From positions 1-33,940 of the forward strand of contig JBNGDZ010000005.1 of the NCBI GenBank assembly GCA_049975765.1: DNA of 33,940 nt. Reading direction: 5' to 3'. Source of the DNA: Armatimonadota bacterium (GTDB lineage Bacteria > Armatimonadota > Zipacnadia > Zipacnadales > UBA5352). The notes beneath the pieces are model-generated. The model was not told the DNA's origin, ran no database searches, and saw only the letters and a list, made by a program, of their open reading frames with translations. A program made the translations under genes and the position numbers. This document shows, piece by piece, positions 14,644 through 21,985 of this stretch; positions within the stretch are counted from its first letter, which is position 1, and each line of letters starts with the position of its first letter.

Positions 14644-17600
14644 TCAGCGCCGTATCGCCAGCGTGCGCACCGCCTGCGTCCGAGCCCCATCCTGCCCCGC
14701 CGCCTGCACCTTCATGATATACATTCCCTGCGGAACCGCCGACCCCTTGTCGGAGCGGCCATCCCACACGATCTGCGCGGTACCTGCCGCCCGGGGCCGG
14801 CCGCGCTCCACGACGCTCACGGTGCGACCCGCGATGTTGAGCACCTCGACGGTGCAGTCAGCCGCCGTGGAGAGCGTGAAGCTCACTGCGGCGCCCCCTG
14901 CAGCGGTAGGCTCTGCCATCAAGCTACTAAGTGTAAGCGGTCCGCCCGTGCGAGTCAACCTCAGCGACATGGGGCGGATCCGCTCGCCCTCCCGCAGTGT
15001 TGTGCGGTAGCGCCCGCCCCGGCGCAGATCGAACTGCTCCCCGACCGCCGCGTCACACAGCGTCACCGCGTAGCCGTCCGGGATGGCGTCCGGATTCGGG
15101 CACCACACCTCCACGTCACCACTGACCGGCGATTCGACTGCCACATCCCACTCCACCGAGGCCGGCAGGAGAGCCGAAAACGCTCCGGCCGTTCGCGCCC
15201 CCCGCCCGTCCGGTCGGAAATACAGCTCAACTCCGTTCCCGGTGGGAGGTGGGCTCACCAGCGGCCCGGCTTCCGTCATCCGCGACGAGACCCCGAAGAA
15301 GTTGTCGCGATCCATCCCTCCAGGCCCGGCTGCACACAGGCGCGCAACCCACGTCTCAGCGTCCGCGGCCGGCGGCTCGGCAGACTGTGACACCACTACG
15401 CCACCCGGCCGCGGCAGCGTCAGTGTGCACCGCTTCTCCACCCTCGCCCAGAATCCCTCCCACGGCTCAATACTTCTCTCGCCGATTCCCAGGAAGGGCG
15501 CGATCAGATCATAGCCGTTCGTGTCCCGATTGTACGTCCAGAAGACCTGGCGCATGACGTTGGCCCCGTCTGCACTGGGCAGATCCATGGTCATCTCCTG
15601 GAACTGCACGGTGGCCGCCATCATGTCCATGGCGCCGAAATAGGGATTAGCGAGCTGGTGCCAGCCGGGGTCGAGTTCCACGCTGACGCTCCCTGACGGT
15701 GCCGCGTTGCCGGATGGGGCGAAGCTCAGGTCGGTCTCCAGGCGCAGCCAGTAGCCGTTGCCGAGGAGCAGCGGGAGACTCCCCGGGCCGGAGTAGACCT
15801 GGTAGTCGCCGATTGCCGGTGACCATCGCGCCAGCTTCAGCTCCGCGGGGTCGATGCCCAAGAAGCCCGCCGGTTCCCCGTCTGCCGGCGCCAGCGGGGT
15901 CCCGAACAGGTGCAGGCCCGCCGGGATCGTCTTCGGCCCGTTCGCGAATGACTGCACCGGCCCCACGGCGGTGACATCCTTCTCCTCATTGCCGAACGTG
16001 TCCACGGCGGTCACGGCGTAGAAGTAGTCCACGCTGTCCTCAGTGGTGTCATCGACGAACTCCGTGACGCCGGCGTCGTCGATGACGGCGATGGGCTGCC
16101 GGGCCGTCACGGTCGTGAAGCGGGAGGGCGCCCGGTACACCGCAAAGTGGTCGAAGTCACCGGGCGGGGAGTACCGGTCCCACCCGAGCCTGATGGCGCC
16201 ACCGTCGTCGGACGGCCGGTCCTCGGCGAAAACGCCCTCGGGCGGGGGAGGCGGCAGGTCGTTCTCGGCCTCAACGGGACCCACCACGTCAGAGTCGGAG
16301 CTCAGGCTCCCATCCGTGGCGCGGACCTTGTAGAAGTAGGAGACCCCGTCGGTCACCGCGGTGTCCTGATACTTTGAGACGCCCGCGGCCAGCCGCTTGA
16401 TCTCCCCGAAGCTGCCGGTGCTGCCCTCCCGGCGGAGGACGATATACTCTGTCACCGTGTCGCTGCCGGCGCCGTCGTCGAGGGAGAGCTGCCACTCAAG
16501 GCTGATGCTTCCGCCCTGGTCGCCGGGGGTGTCGAAGGCCGTCAGGTCGCGGGGCGGCCGCGGCACGAGCTGCACGCCCAGCGCCCTTGCGCAGTTGATG
16601 CGCCCCGCCCCCAGCTTGCCTGCAAAGCCGGGGTTCAGGGCGTCGATGTCGTCGCAGGAGTCCCGCACGGCCATGATGAGCTGATCGGGGCCGAAGCCCG
16701 GATTGCGGGCCTTGATCAGTGCCGCCAGGCCTGAGGCCAGGGCCACGCTGAACGACGTGCCCGAGTTGGTATCGTAATAGGTGCTGAACTTCGAAAAGCC
16801 CGGGTCGTAGTAGCCGGTACCGAGCAGGCCCTCGCCCGGCGCCATGCAGTCCACGAACGTTGCGGCACTGCTGCCATCGTAGTTGCTGAAGGAGGCCCGC
16901 AGGTCGTTGCGGTCGGTCGAGCCGACGCCGAGCACGTAGTTGCCGATGCCCAGTCCGGGGCCATCATTACACACCGGGGACTCCCAGGTGGACTGGCTGT
17001 CGGTGAGCTCTCTGCCGGCGTTGCCCGCTGCCGCCACCACCAGGATCCCGGCCTCGTAGGCTCGTGTGATTGCCGGCGTGAATGACTGGGCGTACTCGCC
17101 GCCCACGCTGAGGTTGATGATGTCAACGCCCATCTCGATGGCGTAGTCGATACCCTCAATCACCTGGGAGACGCTGGTCCCGCCGTCATCGGGGAAGACC
17201 TGCACCGGCAGGATCCTCACCCTCCAGTCCACCCCCGCCACCCCGAAGCCGTTGTTGCCCACGGCGGCCGCCAGCCCCGCCACCAGCGTGCCGTGGTTGA
17301 CCTGGTCATCCACATCGCCGTTGCTGTCGTCGTCGACCCCGTCCGGCTCGGGGTTGGGGTTGTTCGTGTCGTTCTCGAAGTCCCAGCCGTTCACATCATC
17401 CACGAAGCCGTTGGCGTCATCGTCGACGCCGTTGTCGGGCACCTCTGCCCGGTTGACGAAGATCTTGCTGGCCAGTTCCGGGTGATCGATATCCACGCCG
17501 GTGTCCACGATCCCGATGACCACGTCCGCCGAGCCCCTGCTCACGTCCCAGGCCTCAGGCGCCCGGATCTGGGGCAGGTGCCACTGCTCGGGGTACTTGG

Positions 17601-17952
17601 GGTCGTCGGGTATCAGCGCCGGGTAGACCATCCTGTCCGGCTCGACGAAGAGCACGTCGGGGTCGCCGAGTGTGCGCACGGTAGCCGCCTGCGTGGACAC
17701 GCCCTGCGGCAGCTCCACGACCAGCACCCGGCCGCCGGCCAGCCGCTTGGTCACCCGCCCGCCTGCGATCGTCTGCAGGGCCTGCACCTGGCTGGTGCGC
17801 ATGGTCGGGCGCACCCCCACCAGCATGCGGCCGGGAACGATGCCTGACCGGATCGACTGGGCCGACACCGTCCCGGCGGCCACCAGCAGCAGGGACAGAC
17901 CGGCGATGAGCATGAGAAGGCCGCGGCGGGCGTTGGCCCCGGCCGCGGCCAT
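14644..17952 (-). CDS. Secreted subtilisin-like serine protease 2 (S8): propeptide, catalytic domain, two FN3-like domains, an unknown module and a FlgD-Ig/T9SS-like C-terminal domain.
   Basis: I prefer ATG 17952 (MAAAGANARRGLLMLIAGLSLLLVAAGTVSA/QS signal). The track start at 18411 overlaps the upstream gene. Catalytic motifs are IVDTGVDIDHP, NHGTLVAG, AAAGNAG and NSGTSFS. The C-terminal domain reads VEVLNIAGRTV...IVWDGRSDKGSAVPQGMYIMKV. Confidence 0.85.
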   Translation of the reverse strand: MAAAGANARRGLLMLIAGLSLLLVAAGTVSAQSIRSGIVPGRMLVGVRPTMRTSQVQALQTIAGGRVTKRLAGGRVLVVELPQGVSTQAATVRTLGDPDVLFVEPDRMVYPALIPDDPKYPEQWHLPQIRAPEAWDVSRGSADVVIGIVDTGVDIDHPELASKIFVNRAEVPDNGVDDDANGFVDDVNGWDFENDTNNPNPEPDGVDDDSNGDVDDQVNHGTLVAGLAAAVGNNGFGVAGVDWRVRILPVQVFPDDGGTSVSQVIEGIDYAIEMGVDIINLSVGGEYAQSFTPAITRAYEAGILVVAAAGNAGRELTDSQSTWESPVCNDGPGLGIGNYVLGVGSTDRNDLRASFSNYDGSSAATFVDCMAPGEGLLGTGYYDPGFSKFSTYYDTNSGTSFSVALASGLAALIKARNPGFGPDQLIMAVRDSCDDIDALNPGFAGKLGAGRINCARALGVQLVPRPPRDLTAFDTPGDQGGSISLEWQLSLDDGAGSDTVTEYIVLRREGSTGSFGEIKRLAAGVSKYQDTAVTDGVSYFYKVRATDGSLSSDSDVVGPVEAENDLPPPPPEGVFAEDRPSDDGGAIRLGWDRYSPPGDFDHFAVYRAPSRFTTVTARQPIAVIDDAGVTEFVDDTTEDSVDYFYAVTAVDTFGNEEKDVTAVGPVQSFANGPKTIPAGLHLFGTPLAPADGEPAGFLGIDPAELKLARWSPAIGDYQVYSGPGSLPLLLGNGYWLRLETDLSFAPSGNAAPSGSVSVELDPGWHQLANPYFGAMDMMAATVQFQEMTMDLPSADGANVMRQVFWTYNRDTNGYDLIAPFLGIGERSIEPWEGFWARVEKRCTLTLPRPGGVVVSQSAEPPAADAETWVARLCAAGPGGMDRDNFFGVSSRMTEAGPLVSPPPTGNGVELYFRPDGRGARTAGAFSALLPASVEWDVAVESPVSGDVEVWCPNPDAIPDGYAVTLCDAAVGEQFDLRRGGRYRTTLREGERIRPMSLRLTRTGGPLTLSSLMAEPTAAGGAAVSFTLSTAADCTVEVLNIAGRTVSVVERGRPRAAGTAQIVWDGRSDKGSAVPQGMYIMKVQAAGQDGARTQAVRTLAIRR

Positions 17953-18013
17953 GAGGTCGTCTTTCGTGTTGCTGACGATCGTGCCCGTCTCCCTCACGGG
18001 GCGTGTCGGCGGC

Positions 18014-21000
18014 CTACTTCCCAAGTTGCAGGCAGCGGACCGCGCTGGTCTGCCGTCCGTCGGCGTCGCGGGCGGTGACCCGCACGAGATAGGTGCCGCC
18101 GGGAACGACGGTGCCGGCCGAACTGCGGCCATCCCACACGACCTGCTGCGTCCCGGCCGCCTGCTGGCGGTCGGACAGCAGCCGGCGCACCGTGCGTCCC
18201 GCGATATTGAGGATCTCGATGTCAACCGACGCCGCCCTCCCGAGCGTGTACACGATCTCCGCACCGGCCTCACCGCCGACAGCGCCGAGGGCGCAGATCG
18301 CCAGCGGCTGGCTGCCTTCCTGCGCGACGCGCAGTGTGAACTGCCGCTCTGTCGGCTCGGCCCCGACGTCATAGGTGTACCCCGTGCTCGTTCTGAGATA
18401 GACGGACTCACCGGTGGTCTCGTCGACCAGGACCGGCCGTATGCCGGCCGGCAGCGTGGTCAGGTCGGGCCAGCTCAGCCTTACCGTGGCCCCGGGCATG
18501 GCGCAGGCGACGCGCATGGTCCACTCGCCGCCCTCGGCATCGGTGAAGTCCGTCGCCAGGCGGGCCCCGTTTGAGGCCGGCCGGACGAAGTAGAGGTCCA
18601 GGTCGGCGTCCGGCCGCGGCGGGGAGACCACGCCGTTCAACTCAGCCGCTCGCGGGCTCACACCCAGGAAGTTATCGGTATCCGCTACGCCCTCGGCCTC
18701 GGCCGCGATCTGCAGCACCCAGCCCTCCAGCGGCTCAGGCTCCTCGTTGGCGACCTGCGCCGGCGCAGCCGTCCGCTTGAGGATCAGCGTTGCCGGCCGC
18801 CGCGCCAGGAACAGGGCCCCGCGCCCCTTCTTGAGCGTGGCGGTCGCGAAGGGCAGCTTCGTGCCCGTGATGAGCTGGTAGCTTCGCTTGAACGCATCGT
18901 ATGTCCACGCGTAATCCCGCGTATAGCCCAACTGGTTCGACGTCTGAAGGCTGATGGGTGTTCCCTGGCCGACTCCCGTCACCTCGGTTGCCGCGAAGTC
19001 CAGGTCCTGAACGAAGGGATTGCCCAACATGTTCCATCCGGCGACGACCTGCTTCTGGAAGTTGCCCTCACCAGCCGCCTCTCCACTGACGTTCACCAGG
19101 AGGGACCTCTCACTCTTGAGCCACCACGCGCGCCCCAGCGACTGGTTGAAGACGGAGGATGTGGGTCGCTCTGAGTAGAGGATGTAGCCTCCTCCGCCCT
19201 CCATCGTGGGATCCCAGTAGGCGAGATTCGCGTTGCCCTCGGCGCCGATCCCCAGGATGTCCGTGATCTCGTTGCTCGCCGGGGGAGCGGGGACGGCGCC
19301 GACCGAGATGATCGACAGGCCCGGCGGGTAGTTGAAGGCGAAGTTCGGGTTCGACACCGCTGGCCCGGCCGGCTCCACCGTCTTCTCCTCATTCCCGTGG
19401 TCGTCCACGCCGGTTACCGCGTACCAGTACTGCGTTCCGTCCTCGGTGGTGTCGTCCACGTAGTGCTGGCCCTCGTCGATGGCGACCGTAGCGATCGTCG
19501 CCATCTCGGTCACATCACTGAAGGTCGCGACCGCGCGGTAGATCCGGTACTCAACGAGGTCATCTGGATAGTCGTAGCCGAACCAGCTTAGCGAGATCGA
19601 GCCGCCGTCGTCGGCCTGGGTGTCCACGGCCGCCAGCGTCTCGATCGGCGGTGGCGCCAGGTCGTCGCGGGCCTCGGCTGGCCCGGCGATCTCACTTGGG
19701 ACCGAGTTGCTGGCGTCCAGGGTCACAATCTGGTACCAGAACGGCGTCTCGTCCGGGACGGGCGCATCGATGAAGAAGTTGGTCCCGGGCTCGAGCTGGG
19801 CGATCTGCGAGAAGGTCCCCGGGGTCTCCGAGCCCGGTTCAGTCTCCCCCGCGCGCAGCACGTTGTACTGCACCACGTCCTTGTCGTCCTGATCGGGGAG
19901 GCTCCAGGTGACCGTAATGCTGCCGCCCTCGTCGTTCATGGTGTCAAAGGCCTGCACGTTCGTGGCCGGATCCGGAGGCAGGTCCAGGCCCATCGCCAGC
20001 GCCGTGTTCACGCGACCGGTGCCCAGCGTCTGGAAGGTGAGGGGGTTCTCTTCGCTGATGTCGTCGGTGCTCTCCCGGATCTGGGTCACGATATCATCGA
20101 CCGAGAAGCTGGGGAACTGGGCACGCACCAGGGAGGCCAGCCCTGCGACCACCGGGCAGGCCATGGAGGTGCCGCTGATCGCGTTGTACCTGACGTCGAG
20201 GCCGAAGAATGAGGGGTCGTAGTACCAGGTGCTCAGAACGTCCACACCGGGTGCGGAGACGTCCACGAACTTGTAGCTGGACGCGTCCCGGTTGGTGAAG
20301 TCGGCGGCCATATCGTTGCTGTCGGTGGCCGCGACGCCGATGACGTAGTTGTCCTCACCCAGGTTCGGCCCATCGTTACAGACCGGCGACATCCAGGTGT
20401 TTGGATCATCCTGAAACACCCAGGACTCATTGCCGGCAGCGCACACCACGACGACCCCGGCGGCGTGGGCGTTCTGGATCACGGGGTCCCACATGTCCGA
20501 GTACGGCCCACCCAGGCTCATGTTGATGACGTCGGCGCCGTTGTCGATGGCGTACTGGTTCGCGCTGAACAGGCCGCTCCAGGAGGCCTGGCCCGCGGGG
20601 TTGAACACCCGGCAGGTCATCAGCGCGCAGTTCCAGTCGTGGCCGGCAACTCCCTCGCCATTGTCGGTGGCGGCCCCGATGATCCCGGCCACGTGGGTGC
20701 CATGGGCCGTATACCCGGGAATATAGGCCTCGCCGGGGTCGGGTCCTGCATCGGGATCGCCGTCGTCCTCGACGAAGTCCCAGCCGTTGACGTCGTCAAC
20801 GAACCCGTTGCCGTCGTCGTCCACGCCGGGCTGACCACTCGCCTCGGCGTTGTTGACCCAGTACCTGTCGGCGAGATCGGGGTGGTCGGCATCGTAGCCG
20901 CTATCAACAACGGCGACCACGACCGACGCTGAGCCGGTCTGCACGTCCCAGCCGGCCGGCGACGCCATCAGGGGCCAGTGGTACTGGTCGCCGTAGAGAG

Positions 21001-21430
21001 GATCGTTCGGCTCCACGCTGAGATGCACGATGCGGTCCGGCTCCACATCGACCAGCGGAGATCGGCCCGAGAGCATCTGTACACCGTCGGTGACCGACAT
21101 TCCCTTGGGAAGTCCGAACACCGCGATGGGCGTGTTGGGGATGACCTGCTTGAGTGTGCAGCCCGTGTCCTCCAGCAGGTTCTGCAGATCCTCTTCTGAG
21201 GCCGTCGGCGCGATACGTACCAGTACCTGGCCGGACACGGCCTCATCAGGGATCATCTGCACGCCACCACCGGGCCCGATCGTCCTCACCATCCTCGGGC
21301 TCACGACCTCGGTCTCGAACTGAGTGGCCGCGAACGCCGTCCCGCAGAGGAAGACAATGAAGACAAGCGTAGTGAGGCAAACGGCTGAGGATCGGCGGTG
21401 GAGACTCGCGCGCCGTCGGCGGAGCATCAT
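18014..21430 (-). CDS. Secreted subtilisin-like serine protease 1 (S8), with the same architecture as protease 2.
   Basis: ATG 21430 (MMLRRRRASLHRRSSAVCLTTLVFIVFLCGTAFA/AT) with GGGAGG 8 nt upstream. Catalytic motifs are VVDSGYDADHP, AHGTHVAG, CAAGNES and SGTSMACP. The C-terminal domain reads IEILNIAGRTV...VVWDGRSSAGTVVPGGTYLVRV. Confidence 0.85.
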   Translation of the reverse strand: MMLRRRRASLHRRSSAVCLTTLVFIVFLCGTAFAATQFETEVVSPRMVRTIGPGGGVQMIPDEAVSGQVLVRIAPTASEEDLQNLLEDTGCTLKQVIPNTPIAVFGLPKGMSVTDGVQMLSGRSPLVDVEPDRIVHLSVEPNDPLYGDQYHWPLMASPAGWDVQTGSASVVVAVVDSGYDADHPDLADRYWVNNAEASGQPGVDDDGNGFVDDVNGWDFVEDDGDPDAGPDPGEAYIPGYTAHGTHVAGIIGAATDNGEGVAGHDWNCALMTCRVFNPAGQASWSGLFSANQYAIDNGADVINMSLGGPYSDMWDPVIQNAHAAGVVVVCAAGNESWVFQDDPNTWMSPVCNDGPNLGEDNYVIGVAATDSNDMAADFTNRDASSYKFVDVSAPGVDVLSTWYYDPSFFGLDVRYNAISGTSMACPVVAGLASLVRAQFPSFSVDDIVTQIRESTDDISEENPLTFQTLGTGRVNTALAMGLDLPPDPATNVQAFDTMNDEGGSITVTWSLPDQDDKDVVQYNVLRAGETEPGSETPGTFSQIAQLEPGTNFFIDAPVPDETPFWYQIVTLDASNSVPSEIAGPAEARDDLAPPPIETLAAVDTQADDGGSISLSWFGYDYPDDLVEYRIYRAVATFSDVTEMATIATVAIDEGQHYVDDTTEDGTQYWYAVTGVDDHGNEEKTVEPAGPAVSNPNFAFNYPPGLSIISVGAVPAPPASNEITDILGIGAEGNANLAYWDPTMEGGGGYILYSERPTSSVFNQSLGRAWWLKSERSLLVNVSGEAAGEGNFQKQVVAGWNMLGNPFVQDLDFAATEVTGVGQGTPISLQTSNQLGYTRDYAWTYDAFKRSYQLITGTKLPFATATLKKGRGALFLARRPATLILKRTAAPAQVANEEPEPLEGWVLQIAAEAEGVADTDNFLGVSPRAAELNGVVSPPRPDADLDLYFVRPASNGARLATDFTDAEGGEWTMRVACAMPGATVRLSWPDLTTLPAGIRPVLVDETTGESVYLRTSTGYTYDVGAEPTERQFTLRVAQEGSQPLAICALGAVGGEAGAEIVYTLGRAASVDIEILNIAGRTVRRLLSDRQQAAGTQQVVWDGRSSAGTVVPGGTYLVRVTARDADGRQTSAVRCLQLGK

Positions 21431-21497
21431 GTCTGACGCCTCCCAACGGAGGATGTATGGCTCGCCCACCGGCTTTTCCGGGGCTGGAATCGAGCCG

Positions 21498-21526
21498 ATG
21501 ATACCAACTTCACAATGGCGTGTCAA
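21498..21526 (-). promoter_or_regulatory. Sigma-70-type promoter candidate for the protease operon.
   Basis: The minus strand reads TTGACA-cgccattgtgaagttgg-TATCAT: -35 at 21521-21526, a 17-nt spacer, -10 at 21498-21503. It lies in a locally A/T-richer patch about 68 nt upstream of ATG 21430. Confidence 0.5.
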
Positions 21527-21738
21527 CTTTGCACGTGAGCGCTGAGCGGTCGCCCCAGTCAGTGCGCCTGCACCAGTGCACCGCACCACTGCAACGCCAA
21601 TACCGACCGGGAGGCAGGGAGCGGAGGAGACCTCGGGTCCTCCCGGCCATATCGTTCACGCAGATCACGTAGCAGACGCCCACCGCACAGATCGCAGTCC
21701 CCGCTCCGCGCAGTGCACCGCTCCTTCACGCCTCGCAG

Positions 21739-21963
21739 TCAGTTCTCCTTCTCGTTGTCCTCGGCCTCTTCCTCGTCCTCGGCCTCCTCGTCCTCCACCT
21801 CAACGAGGACCTTGCCGCGGCCGCCGCAGTAGGAGCAGCGCACCGCCGCGTGGCTCCGGCGTCCCCTCCCGGCCGCCCGCAGGCAGTCGGGACAGCTCCG
21901 TCCCCCGCTCCTGGTGCAGGTGCCCTGCCCCCCGCAGTGCTCGCACTCCACAAGCTTTCGCAT
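21739..21963 (-). CDS. 74-aa DnaJ-type (CxxCxGxG) zinc-finger mini-protein with an acidic C-terminal tail.
   Basis: ATG 21963 with GAGGAGG 8 nt upstream, 22 nt after the upstream stop. Sequence: MRKLVECEHCGGQGTCTRSGGRSCPDCLRAAGRGRRSHAAVRCSYCGGRGKVLVEVEDEEAEDEEEAEDNEKEN. The track start at 22065 overlaps the upstream gene and is rejected. Confidence 0.65.
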   Translation of the reverse strand: MRKLVECEHCGGQGTCTRSGGRSCPDCLRAAGRGRRSHAAVRCSYCGGRGKVLVEVEDEEAEDEEEAEDNEKEN

Positions 21964-21985
21964 CGATGAATCCTCCTCATGCCCG

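Noticed and set aside
17953-18411. Upstream extension of the protease 2 ORF (the track start at 18411). Similar extensions are 21431..21589, 30990..31163, 12256..12351, 13389..13568 and 21964..22065.
   Set aside because: The extensions overlap the preceding gene or an intergenic hairpin and are Arg/Ser/Pro-rich. In each case an internal ATG with an SD and/or a signal peptide gives a sensible N-terminus.
21607-21646. CCGGGAGG...CCTCCCGG 8-bp stem (with the alternative GGAGGA/TCCTCC pairing) as a terminator of the zinc-finger operon.
   Set aside because: The loop is 24 nt, there are competing pairings, there is no U-tract, and it lies about 95 nt from the stop. The evidence is too weak to call as a feature.
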